Of a stretch of 59,807 nt of DNA, positions 48,182 to 57,322 are shown one piece after another (position 1 is the stretch's first letter; every line of letters starts with the position of its first letter). The notes beneath the pieces are model-generated. The model saw nothing but the letters and a program-made list of their open reading frames with translations, searched no databases and was not told where the DNA came from. Position numbers and translations under genes: made by a program. The stretch lies in the IMG/VR virus record IMGVR_UViG_3300045988_174840. The stretch is one strand, 5' to 3'. The stretch is from a virus.

Positions 48182-48664
48182 ATGTATCAAAATTTACAAC
48201 AACTGCAAAACAGTCCTTATTACCAATACCCTTATAATCAACAATATCAACGCCTGGCACAATTAGAACAACAACAACAGATGAATACTCCATATAATAC
48301 TATGGTTTCTCAAAATCAAAGTTTTTTAAAAGGTAGACCAGTAGTATCCATGGAGGAAGCCCGTGCCGCACAGATTGATTTAGATGGTTCGTTGTTTATT
48401 TTTACTGACATAGGAAATAAGAAGATTTATACTAAACAGATAAATCTTGATGGAACTGCTACTTTGAACACTTACTCTCTTGTAGAAAATGTAGCACCAA
48501 TAGAAAGTTATGTCACTAAAACTGAATTTGAAAAAGCCATCTCATCAATTAGGGAAGAAATGGTTAAAAAGGAAACATTAGAAAGGAATGTAGATAATGA
48601 CTCAATTAAACAGCAACAATCTGGAACAACTAAAAAAGCAGTTTGCAAACCATCCTCTTTTTAA
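48182..48664 (+). CDS. protein with a Q/Y/N-rich prion-like N-terminus (~160 aa)
   Basis: Track ORF 48155.. starts at TTG; the ATG is at 48182. The N-terminal 50 aa read YQNLQQLQNSPYYQYPYNQQYQRLAQLEQQQQ. Confidence 0.45.
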   Translation: MYQNLQQLQNSPYYQYPYNQQYQRLAQLEQQQQMNTPYNTMVSQNQSFLKGRPVVSMEEARAAQIDLDGSLFIFTDIGNKKIYTKQINLDGTATLNTYSLVENVAPIESYVTKTEFEKAISSIREEMVKKETLERNVDNDSIKQQQSGTTKKAVCKPSSF

Positions 48665-48794
48665 TAGAGCAGAACAAATGGTATCTGGAAAAACGTCAGA
48701 AGAGATAGAACAAATTGCGAAAAATTTATGCCAGCAAAGAGGAATTAATTTTGATGAAGCATGGAAAATGTTTCAACAACAATTTAGATTTTAG
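48597..48794 (+). CDS. small hypothetical protein (65 aa) overlapping the upstream gene by 68 nt in another frame
   Basis: Track ORF with a GAAAGGAATG-type ribosome-binding site. It is unclear which overlapping frame is expressed. Confidence 0.35.
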   Translation: MTQLNSNNLEQLKKQFANHPLFNRAEQMVSGKTSEEIEQIAKNLCQQRGINFDEAWKMFQQQFRF

Positions 48795-48848
48795 CGTACA
48801 AGGCTTTTATGGAAAACAAATTATAAATTATAAAAAAGGAGATTTATT

Positions 48849-49598
48849 ATGGGAATGATGAATGATGGATTAAGTATCGCTGATGCTATGGCTTTAGCAA
48901 AAGATGGAGATTGCACTGGATTCGGCGGAAATGGTACTTGGATTTGGGTATTTTTCTTATTTTTCTTGTTAGCTTGGGGCGGAAATGGCTTCTTTGGTAA
49001 TAGAAGTGGAGTAGATAGTGCCGCAGTTCAAGGAGCTTTAACAAGAGCAGACTTATTTGAGGGATTTAACAACAGCGACGTTCAAAGACAATTACAAGGA
49101 TTATCTAATGGACTTTGTGATGGATTCTACGCTCAAAACACAACTATGTTAAATGGTTTTAATACTGTTGGTAGAGAACTTTGTCAAGGTTTTGGCGGAG
49201 TTAATAGTAATATGAGTTTAGGTTTTGCAGGAATTCAATCTGCAATTAATGATGCAAAATTTGCGGATCAGCAATGCTGCTGTGAAACGAATCGCAACAT
49301 AGACGCGGTTCGCTATGAAAACTCTCGTAATACTTGCGATATTGTAAATGCAATTCGTGAAGATGGAAATACTACAAGAGCGTTAATCAATGCTAATACA
49401 ATGCAGGATTTAAGAGATAAATTAGCGGATAGAGATAGAGATCTTATGACTGCAAATTTCCAACTAAGTCAACAGGCTCAAAGTGCTAATTTGATTGGAA
49501 CATTAAGACCTTATCCACAACCAGCTTATATTACTTGCTCTCCATATGAAGCTTCCTTATTAGGAAACAGAATTTATAATGGATGCGGCTGCAATTAA
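48849..49598 (+). CDS. Cys-rich protein with one transmembrane helix (249 aa); function unknown, possibly lysis- or membrane-related
   Basis: GFGGNGTWIWVFFLFFLLAWGGNGFFGN transmembrane/glycine-zipper segment. The C-terminus is CCCETN...GCGCN. Confidence 0.4.
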   Translation: MGMMNDGLSIADAMALAKDGDCTGFGGNGTWIWVFFLFFLLAWGGNGFFGNRSGVDSAAVQGALTRADLFEGFNNSDVQRQLQGLSNGLCDGFYAQNTTMLNGFNTVGRELCQGFGGVNSNMSLGFAGIQSAINDAKFADQQCCCETNRNIDAVRYENSRNTCDIVNAIREDGNTTRALINANTMQDLRDKLADRDRDLMTANFQLSQQAQSANLIGTLRPYPQPAYITCSPYEASLLGNRIYNGCGCN

Positions 49599-49650
49599 TC
49601 TTAATAGAATACGGGCGGAGATTCTCCGCCCAAGAAAGGAAATGTAAAAT

Positions 49651-50100
49651 ATGGGATATACAATAAACAAAGCATATCAAAAAAGCGTATTAAATGCTGT
49701 ATCTACTGCGACTGAAACCTTAACAACAGGACAACTTTTACCATTTACTAATATCAATATTTTAAATGGATGCTCTATCAATTATATTGCTGGTTCCTCT
49801 TCAATTCAACTAAAGAAACCAGGAGTCTATTTAATCAGTGTAGATGCTACCGCCGCAGAATCTGGAACCGCGGGAACTGTTACTATGCAATTACAGAAGA
49901 ATGGAGTTAATGTAGAAGGGGCAAAAAGTAGCTCTAATTCCGCGGCAGTAACAGACTTTAATGGAATGTCTTTTTCAACTGTTGTCAAAGTTTTACCTTC
50001 TTGTGCTTCTATTGATAATACTACTACTTTGACTGTATTAAATACTGGCGTAGGAGCTATTTATTCTAATACTAATATAACTGTAGTTAAATTATGCTAA
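49651..50100 (+). CDS. small T/S/N-rich beta-sandwich-like protein (149 aa), resembling BclA-C/C1q-like exosporium or fibre-tip domains
   Basis: Composition and C-terminal pattern ...TTTLTVLNTGVGAIYSNTNITVVKLC. Preceded by GC hairpin GGGCGGAGATTCTCCGCCC. Confidence 0.3.
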   Translation: MGYTINKAYQKSVLNAVSTATETLTTGQLLPFTNINILNGCSINYIAGSSSIQLKKPGVYLISVDATAAESGTAGTVTMQLQKNGVNVEGAKSSSNSAAVTDFNGMSFSTVVKVLPSCASIDNTTTLTVLNTGVGAIYSNTNITVVKLC

Positions 50101-50115
50101 TAAGGAGGCTATATT

Positions 50116-50661
50116 ATGGCAGAAATAGTATCTCCAAAAACAATAGTGGAAAATACGAGCGAAGATATAATGATTAAGATGATGGAGCAAAATTTAGAAG
50201 GAGTAATGTTTCATTTATTTGAAACAGACTTATATGATTTATTAAAATTACCTGGATTTAAGGCTTTACATCATCACCAATCACAAGAAGAGACTGAAAC
50301 TCTTGAACTTTTAAAACATAAATATATTGAGAAATATAAAAAATTTCCAATCTTAAAAACAAAAAGTATTGACCGTTGGGAAGAAAACGAGGATTTATAT
50401 AAAGATTTATCTGAAGAAAAAATTATTTCTTTAGTGAAAGAATCTATGAAACAATACGCTGATTGGGAAAGCGAAGTTTTAGAACATCTATTACAATGGA
50501 AAAGAAATGTAGAAGATAGAAAGATCGTGCATAAAATGATAGAAGATGTCATGCAAGAGATAAAGCATATAGAAACATTAATGGACATCTTAGAAGAACA
50601 TGATTATAATTATCAATGTATCTGTGAAATCTCTGATTACCTTAGTCGTAGATATAAATAA
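50116..50661 (+). CDS. hypothetical helical acidic protein (181 aa)
   Basis: Track ORF with an AAGGAGG ribosome-binding site. Confidence 0.4.
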   Translation: MAEIVSPKTIVENTSEDIMIKMMEQNLEGVMFHLFETDLYDLLKLPGFKALHHHQSQEETETLELLKHKYIEKYKKFPILKTKSIDRWEENEDLYKDLSEEKIISLVKESMKQYADWESEVLEHLLQWKRNVEDRKIVHKMIEDVMQEIKHIETLMDILEEHDYNYQCICEISDYLSRRYK

Positions 50662-50662
50662 T

Positions 50663-50692
50663 GGGAGCTATTTAGCTCCCATATTTTTTTAT
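50663..50692. terminator. bidirectional terminator between convergent gene blocks
   Basis: Hairpin GGGAGCTATTTAGCTCCC flanked by an A-rich and a T-rich tract (ATATTTTTTTATT). Confidence 0.7.
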
Positions 50693-51183
50693 TCCCAAAT
50701 AATTTTATTATTTAAAAGAATATATGCATAACCTATTCCTATAGCATCTGCTTCATCATCATTTACTTTAATATTAAATTTTTCTTCTACAAATCGAATA
50801 TCTTCAAGCTTTAATTCTTCTCTTTTGATTCCTTTTCCTGTGCGGATTCCACATGCAGAACGCCATTCACTTGGGTATAAATATTCAATTTTTATTTGTG
50901 GAAAATTATCATGTACAGTAAAAGCTATCGCTGCTTGAAGCCACATCAAAACACGATGAGTTTGAATATTTTGCAATCCATTTTCTGGTCTAACTTCCTC
51001 CAAAATAATTTTATCTATAGAATATTTCTTTAAAATTTCAATTAGTCCTTCTATCATTTTTTTTATTCTTGCGATAACATCTTTTGAAGAAGCCGTAATA
51101 CAAGTATGATAAGTTAGTTTATTATTTTCAAAAATAGCAAATCCGCTACTTTTAGAACTTGCATCTATTGATAATATGTTCAT
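50689..51183 (-). CDS. RuvC-like Holliday junction resolvase
   Basis: N-terminal ILSIDASSKSSGFAIFENN (catalytic Asp motif). ~164 aa, as expected for phage/A22-type resolvases. Confidence 0.65.
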   Translation of the reverse strand: MNILSIDASSKSSGFAIFENNKLTYHTCITASSKDVIARIKKMIEGLIEILKKYSIDKIILEEVRPENGLQNIQTHRVLMWLQAAIAFTVHDNFPQIKIEYLYPSEWRSACGIRTGKGIKREELKLEDIRFVEEKFNIKVNDDEADAIGIGYAYILLNNKIIWE

Positions 51184-51211
51184 ATTTAATCTCCTTTATT
51201 TTTCTATCTAA

Positions 51212-51240
51212 ATTATAACATATTATTCTAACTCTGTCAA
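51212..51240 (-). promoter_or_regulatory. consensus promoter (TTGACA-17-TATAAT) for the resolvase gene
   Basis: Reverse complement reads TTTGACAGAGTTAGAATAATATGTTATAATTTAG, followed by an AAAGGAGA ribosome-binding site. Confidence 0.6.
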
Positions 51241-51249
51241 ATTTTATTT

Positions 51250-51298
51250 AAATAAAAAAAATAGAGTATATAATAATATATATATTATTATATACTCT
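51250..51298 (-). terminator. Rho-independent terminator after the dUTPase gene (minus strand)
   Basis: A 16-bp AT-rich perfect stem AGAGTATATAATAATA...TATTATTATATACTCT, followed on the minus strand by ATTTTTTTTTA. Confidence 0.6.
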
Positions 51299-51307
51299 AC
51301 TTAATAT

Positions 51308-51751
51308 TTATTTGGAACCGGTAGAACCAAAGCCCCCTGCCCCTCTGTCGGTATCCGTGAGAGAGTCGGTCTCTTCAAAAGTAGCTGGAATAAAAGGCAT
51401 AATAATCAGTTGTGCTATTCTTTCTCCAGCCTCTACTACCATTGTTTTATCAGAATCATTATGAACGGCTACAATATACTCACCCCGGTAGTCTGGGTCA
51501 CAAGCACCTACACAGTTAGCTGGACGTAATCCTTTTTTCGTAGCCAGTCCGCTTCTCGCGAAAATGGCTCCAAAAGTATTTTCCTCTAATTCAATAGCAA
51601 GTCCCGTACCTATTTTTACAGTTTTGTGAGGAGGAATTTCTATATCATATGCGGTCGCCGCGTATAAATCATAGCCTGCGGCATACTCACTTCCGCGAGT
51701 AGGAATTTTCGCTAAATCATTTAAACGCTTTATTTTTATTTTATTTGCCAT
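51308..51751 (-). CDS. dut: dUTP diphosphatase (dUTPase)
   Basis: Conserved motifs AAGYDL, ARSG, GxxDPDYRGE, and a C-terminal RGAGGFGSTG. Confidence 0.85.
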   Translation of the reverse strand: MANKIKIKRLNDLAKIPTRGSEYAAGYDLYAATAYDIEIPPHKTVKIGTGLAIELEENTFGAIFARSGLATKKGLRPANCVGACDPDYRGEYIVAVHNDSDKTMVVEAGERIAQLIIMPFIPATFEETDSLTDTDRGAGGFGSTGSK

Positions 51752-52002
51752 TAAAAAGCTCCTTTTTTAGTATATTCAATGTCAATCTCACTATCTGGTT
51801 CTTGTTCATTATTAAAAAGTTTTACAACTTCAAAACGAATCCATTCATCGATGATTTCGCCTTTTGATTTTTTTTCTTTTTTGGTACTACTATATTTAGC
51901 TACCGTAAAATGCGGATCAGCTTTTAATTCTTTAAGAAAATCTTCTACTTCTCTTTCATTACTTAATCTATATGTTTCTACTACTTTTGTTAAATATCTC
52001 AT
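51751..52002 (-). CDS. hypothetical protein (83 aa)
   Basis: Track ORF. Confidence 0.4.
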   Translation of the reverse strand: MRYLTKVVETYRLSNEREVEDFLKELKADPHFTVAKYSSTKKEKKSKGEIIDEWIRFEVVKLFNNEQEPDSEIDIEYTKKGAF

Positions 52003-52013
52003 TATAATTCTCC

Positions 52014-52271
52014 CTAAATTAAATTAATTTGAATTGAGTTTTTATTATATTTAGAAAATTCTGCTTCTTTAATTTTTTTACTAATGCCTTTTGTATATTG
52101 CTTAGGTCCAGTCAAGTCTACCTGAGTAATATTATACTTTTCTACAAAAGTAAAGATGGTATCGTTTACTTCATCTATTGTAGGATAAGCCATATCAATT
52201 TTATTACCATTTTCATAAACGTAAAAGCTTTGTTCCAAATCAAAAGGTCTTAATATTCCAATTATTTTCAT
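52014..52271 (-). CDS. hypothetical protein (85 aa)
   Basis: Track ORF. Confidence 0.4.
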   Translation of the reverse strand: MKIIGILRPFDLEQSFYVYENGNKIDMAYPTIDEVNDTIFTFVEKYNITQVDLTGPKQYTKGISKKIKEAEFSKYNKNSIQINLI

Positions 52272-52272
52272 A

Positions 52273-52641
52273 TTACACCTCTATAATAGCTTCATCATAT
52301 GGAAATAAATAATAGCAGTATGCATCATTATTCGTTTTAATCCAAATTTCAAAAGCTTCTTGTATTTCGTCTACTTTACTAATGCCTAAAATTTCTCCTC
52401 TATTGAGTAAACATTCTTTTAATTCTTCTGTTGCCTTTTCCGCGGAAGCATGATTGTTTATTTTAAAAATAGTGTAATCCTTTGCTTCATTGCAAAGTAG
52501 CATAAAATACATTTTATTATTTTTAAAAAATTTAGTTACCTGTTTTAATTTATTAGTTAAAGCAGGATAAGAAAGTTTTTTTTCTTTTTTCATAAGATTT
52601 TTATTAATCTCATATAAAGTTCCTAAACTAATTTCTCCCAT
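52273..52641 (-). CDS. hypothetical protein (122 aa)
   Basis: Track ORF. Confidence 0.4.
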   Translation of the reverse strand: MGEISLGTLYEINKNLMKKEKKLSYPALTNKLKQVTKFFKNNKMYFMLLCNEAKDYTIFKINNHASAEKATEELKECLLNRGEILGISKVDEIQEAFEIWIKTNNDAYCYYLFPYDEAIIEV

Positions 52642-52676
52642 ATTTCTTACTCCTTTTAATTATAATATATTTTTAT

Positions 52677-53138
52677 TTAAAAGTCAATTCCTTTTTTTAA
52701 TATTCGTTGATTACGACTACCCCTCCAAGACAGCCCATATTCATATTCGTCCTGTTTAAATTGTCCATCTATTAGGATATCTACATATTCTAATATTGGC
52801 AAATTTTTAATATCTTCTAAGACAAAACCAGTCCAAAGCCATATTGTTTTATCTGGAAAATTTTTCTTAAAGTCAGCACATAATTTAGTAACAGTACTTA
52901 AATTATATTGACTTAAAGGCTCTCCGCCCAAAATTGATATTCCACTGATATGATCGTTAATAGAATTAAAAATTTCTTGTTCTTTTGTTTCAGTATACTC
53001 TTCTCCATAATTAGGATTCTGTAATTTATAATTAAAACATCCTTTACAATGAAAATCGCAGCCTGAAAAAAAGATAGCGGTTCTTAATCCTTCTCCATTT
53101 GATATGCAATATTTTTTAATCTTTGCTATATTAGCCAT
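52677..53138 (-). CDS. nrdG: anaerobic ribonucleotide reductase activating protein (radical SAM)
   Basis: CDFHCKGC (CxxxCxxC) near the N-terminus. Located directly downstream of nrdD. The likely start MANIAKIKKYC overlaps the nrdD stop (TAATATG). Confidence 0.75.
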   Translation of the reverse strand: MANIAKIKKYCISNGEGLRTAIFFSGCDFHCKGCFNYKLQNPNYGEEYTETKEQEIFNSINDHISGISILGGEPLSQYNLSTVTKLCADFKKNFPDKTIWLWTGFVLEDIKNLPILEYVDILIDGQFKQDEYEYGLSWRGSRNQRILKKGIDF

Positions 53139-53139
53139 A

Positions 53140-55263
53140 TTATTCTTCCTCTTCTGGATCAATGTGATAAACTCTTGCGGCTATATCTGCTGCTCTACCT
53201 TCGCTAAAAGGATTAGTACTTATATACCCACATATACGAACTGCAACATTCATTTTATCAAAGTCATCATTTCCGCAACAAGGACAAACGAATTTTAATT
53301 TATTTTTATCCATTTTAATATCTGTACTTCCGCAAACTTGACAGTAAGATGTAGTAGTATTAATTTCTGCATACATATTAGTTTCATAAATATGTTTAAT
53401 AATTTCCAATAGTGCAGGAATATTATTTTCCATATTTGGTGTTTCACAATATGTAATTTGACCTCCTTCGCTATATTTAGCGAAATCACTTTCAATAGTT
53501 AATTTCTCAAAAGCATCTATTGAAAATGCAGGATTTATATGATAAGAATTAGTAATATATAATTTATCATTAACACCTTTTATGATAGGATATTCTTTCA
53601 ACGCTTTTGCAAATTTAGTTGTAGTATTTTCAATAGGAGTCCCATATAAAGAAAAACCTATATTTGTTTTATTTTTCCATTCTTTACATTTTTCATTAAG
53701 GTGCTTCATAATAGACAGAGCCATTTCTTTTCCTTCTGAAGTAGTTAAGCTTTTATTTGTTAAAGCTAATACTGTTTCCCACAGTCCTGCATAGCCAAGA
53801 GAGATAGATGAATTTAATCCATATAATAAAGGATCAATTACTTCTCCAGGTTTTAATCTTGCACAAGCACCATGTTGCCATAATATCGGGGCTACATCAG
53901 ACTTTGTTCCTAGTAATCTATTATGCCTAATCATTAATGCTCTATAGCATAATTCTAGTCTTTCGTCTAGCACACTCCAGAAATCTTCCTTACTATTGAT
54001 AGCTTCTAATGCAGCTGCCGCCAGATTTATAGTGACTACGCCCTGATTAAATTTCCCCCAATATCTATGTTCGATTGGATCTCCTGCGAGAAAAGATCTA
54101 CATCCCATACATCCGTAGACGTCGCCTTTTAACTCTTTCATCTTCTTTGCAGAGATATAATCTGGAACTAATCTTTTTGCACTACACTCCGCGGCTAATT
54201 CTGTTAAATACCAATATTCGCTATCTTCTGTAATGTTATTTTTATCTAAAACATAAAGTAACTTTGGAAAAGCTACAGTTACGTAAACACCCTGTTCATT
54301 CTTAATTCCTTTAATTCTTTGTTTTAAAATTTCTTCTATTATTAGAGCTAAGTCTTTTTCCTCTTGTTTATTTTTAGCATCTTTTAAATAAAGAAATAAA
54401 CTTGCAAATGGAGACTGACCATTCGTACTAGACATTGTAATTAATTGATACTGAATTGTCTGAACGCCATCTGAGATTTCATCTCTTATTAACCTTTCAA
54501 TTTCAGGATCACTCAAAAAAGGAAATTTTCTTAAATACCTTTCTCTTGATTTTTGAACAAGAGGGGCTAAGTGAGCTATATTGATAGTTTGTCCTCCATA
54601 CTGAGAGCTTGCAACTTGAGCAGCAATTTGAGTTGCAACAGTACAACCTGTTCTAAAACTATTTGGAGGGTCTATCTTAGAGCCGCTTATAACAGTACCA
54701 TTCTGTAACATATCTTCAAGATTAACTAAACAACAATTAGTCATTGGCATAGCAGGACTATAATCCATATCGTGAAAATGAATCCATCCTTTGTTGTGAG
54801 CATCTAATATGTCTTTATCAATATGAAATTCCGCTAATTCCTTACAGGTAAATCCAGCAATATAATCTCTCATAGTTGGAATAATTCTAGTATCTTTATT
54901 AGAGTTTTCGGTTTTAGATTCTTTATCTGTCCCATCAATTAGATTAAGAATTTTTTCATTCTTAAATTTTAATGTTCCTTTCATTTCTCTAAGATGAGTT
55001 CTTTCATCTCTATACACAATAAAAGCTTTTGCAACATCTTTTCTCTTAGTAGACATTAGTCCTTTTTCAACTAAATCTTGAATTTCTTCTACTGTTAAGT
55101 CTTTTGTTTTTGCTATATCTGAAATATAATCTGCAATATTACCAGCTTTAATTAAAGCATAATCAGATATATCATTATCAATTTGCTTAAAAGCAGCAAG
55201 AACCGCGTCTACAATTTTCATCTTATCAAATTTTACTGTTCTATTATCTCTTTTAATTACCAT
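53140..55263 (-). CDS. nrdD: anaerobic ribonucleoside-triphosphate reductase (class III)
   Basis: N-terminal ATP-cone (VIKRDNRTVKFDKMKI). C-terminal Cys4 cluster CQVCG...CPCCG and glycyl-radical motif RICGY. Confidence 0.85.
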   Translation of the reverse strand: MVIKRDNRTVKFDKMKIVDAVLAAFKQIDNDISDYALIKAGNIADYISDIAKTKDLTVEEIQDLVEKGLMSTKRKDVAKAFIVYRDERTHLREMKGTLKFKNEKILNLIDGTDKESKTENSNKDTRIIPTMRDYIAGFTCKELAEFHIDKDILDAHNKGWIHFHDMDYSPAMPMTNCCLVNLEDMLQNGTVISGSKIDPPNSFRTGCTVATQIAAQVASSQYGGQTINIAHLAPLVQKSRERYLRKFPFLSDPEIERLIRDEISDGVQTIQYQLITMSSTNGQSPFASLFLYLKDAKNKQEEKDLALIIEEILKQRIKGIKNEQGVYVTVAFPKLLYVLDKNNITEDSEYWYLTELAAECSAKRLVPDYISAKKMKELKGDVYGCMGCRSFLAGDPIEHRYWGKFNQGVVTINLAAAALEAINSKEDFWSVLDERLELCYRALMIRHNRLLGTKSDVAPILWQHGACARLKPGEVIDPLLYGLNSSISLGYAGLWETVLALTNKSLTTSEGKEMALSIMKHLNEKCKEWKNKTNIGFSLYGTPIENTTTKFAKALKEYPIIKGVNDKLYITNSYHINPAFSIDAFEKLTIESDFAKYSEGGQITYCETPNMENNIPALLEIIKHIYETNMYAEINTTTSYCQVCGSTDIKMDKNKLKFVCPCCGNDDFDKMNVAVRICGYISTNPFSEGRAADIAARVYHIDPEEEE

Positions 55264-55343
55264 AATTAATATTATCCTCCTAATTATATTATTATTTTAA
55301 GGCTTATAATATATATTAAATTTTACTTATTGATTATTATTAG

Positions 55344-55904
55344 TTATTGTCCATGTATAAAATCTGCAATAGGTTCAAAAGAGTCAAACATACTAGGAGC
55401 ATAATCAGATTCATTATAAAAAGTTATATATTCAAAATTAATGTCTGAAAAATCTCTTTCGTCAGCAAGAAATCTTCGACAAATTTCTCTGCAATCTGGG
55501 TTATGTTCTCTTCTTAAAGCTCTTTTTAATCTTTCTTTTCCTGGTGCTTCTATTAAAACTGGTAGTACCTCTATTCTTTCATCTTTCAATAATTGCCTAA
55601 TCCCTGAGATACTAAAAACACCAATATTTATTTTATCTTTATCTAACTCTTGGATAGAAGTGCCATATAGCCATTTTTTAAAATAAACCGCATCTATTAT
55701 ATCTTTATTGCGAACCCGTCTTTCAAAATCATCACGATATAGAAAATAATAATCTATGCCATCTCTTTCGTATGCTCTTGGTGATCTAGTAGTACAACTA
55801 ATAATTTCTTTTATTTCTGAATGATTGTAACACATTCGTTTTTTTATAGTATCTTTTCCTGCACCGCTCTTTCCGAACAGTGCAAGAACTTTATATTTTG
55901 ACAT
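55344..55904 (-). CDS. gmk: guanylate kinase-like nucleoside monophosphate kinase
   Basis: P-loop LALFGKSGAGKDT followed by CTTRSPRAYERDGIDYYF, which parallels the Gmk motif TTRxPRxGExDGxDYxF. The start MSKYK uses a ribosome-binding site inside the end of dnaE. Confidence 0.6.
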   Translation of the reverse strand: MSKYKVLALFGKSGAGKDTIKKRMCYNHSEIKEIISCTTRSPRAYERDGIDYYFLYRDDFERRVRNKDIIDAVYFKKWLYGTSIQELDKDKINIGVFSISGIRQLLKDERIEVLPVLIEAPGKERLKRALRREHNPDCREICRRFLADERDFSDINFEYITFYNESDYAPSMFDSFEPIADFIHGQ

Positions 55905-55905
55905 T

Positions 55906-57322
55906 TTATTCTCCTTCCATACCATATCTAACATGCTCTAGTTTCATATCTGAACCATTGACGTCAATAATCTTGTAGAGCTGATGGGTAGGGGTATGTT
56001 TATACGATTTAGTCTGAAATGTATCTCCACGCCTAAACCCAGTACACATTACTTTTGTTCCTCTTTGAAACCAGCCTTTTTCCATAACTTTTTTAGTTCC
56101 ATCTTCTTGCTTTTCAGAAATTTGTCTCCCAAACATAGCAAAGTAATCTTTTGTAAATTTTACATTAACAACTCCAGAAGTTGTTAATAATGATATTGAA
56201 GAACGAGCATCATTTTTACTGATTACAGTGCCAATGATTTTATAAGTCTTATAAATAGGGATTTCTTTTCCATTTCTTTTGAAAAAATAATCTACAACAG
56301 GCTCTTCGGGTAATTTAGAAAAATCTGAAATTCCATACTTTAAAGTATCAATATTTATTAATTCATGTGGATGATAATAAAAACATAAGCTTTCCATTTC
56401 CCACGCGGAAATATTTCCTTTAGCATATTTATTCCAAGAGTCAAGAAATAAAGCCTCATTAAATTCTTTTAATACTGTCTGTTGATTCTCTTTAAGCCAA
56501 TCTCTAGCTCTATCCATGCCTTTTTGATACTTTTTATCCCATTTGTTTTGTAAAATACAAACGCATCCGTTTATCACTTCAAGGTCTTCCATATCGTATC
56601 TTTGATTGTAGAATTTTTCACAAGCATCATCAAAGACATAATATTTTCCAACTTTTTTCTCAGTTTTTAGATACTTATTAAAGAAAAATAATCTTTTCAT
56701 ACTATCTAAAGAAGGTGGAATTAAGTCTTTTTGAATTAAACCATTAAAGTTTTGTAGCGTTAATTTCTTTTTTGGTTCACTAACAACAGACAGATAATAT
56801 ATCATTACAAGCACTCTTGGTTCAACATTTAATTCTTTTGCCCATTCTAATTCCAGTTTATCAAAAGCTCCGCTCTTTATTAAGGAAATCATTGCAGATT
56901 TATTTAAAGGACATCTTATCATAAAGTCTTTAATGCTTTTATATGGTCTACCAGAAAAAATCTGCTCAATAATTGGTGCACCTACATTACTCAATGCTTT
57001 CATTCCAAAAAGAATTTCGTTGTTTTCAACATCTGGCTTAAAGCTATAGTCAGATTTATTTATATCAACTAAAGAAATTTTTATTCCTCTTGATAAAATA
57101 TCTCCAATAGCCTTAGCTATTTTACTATAATCCGTAGATTTTTCTTTCTTTTTACTTTCTTCTGTTTCTTCTTCATTTTCAATATTATCTTCTTCTAAGG
57201 CTCCACTATTTACAATTAAACACGCGGTATTCCAATAGATAGGATTCCATCTTGTGGCTATGTATATAGTTTGAAATCCTATGAAAGAGTAAGCCAGGGC
57301 ATGTATGCATAATTTAAAATTA
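55906..57322 (-). CDS. dnaE: DNA polymerase III alpha subunit (DnaE-type), C-terminal exon or segment
   Basis: The open frame extends upstream of track ORF 55906..57003 to the stop at 57334. It encodes ...FNFKLCIHALAYSFIGFQTIYIATRWNPIYWNTACL (cf. DnaE GYGFNKSHSAAYALVSYQT..HYPAEFMAA). The HhH region ALSNVGAPIIEQI...SLIKSGAFD and a C-terminal OB-fold follow. Confidence 0.7.

Noticed and set aside
51779-52027. Plus-strand ORF 51779..52027 and similar (53104..53298, 53582..53794, 55984..56187, 57305..57574, 58091..58396, 58512..58694)
   Set aside because: They are antisense to the minus-strand replication module genes and the homing endonuclease gene and lack translation signals.
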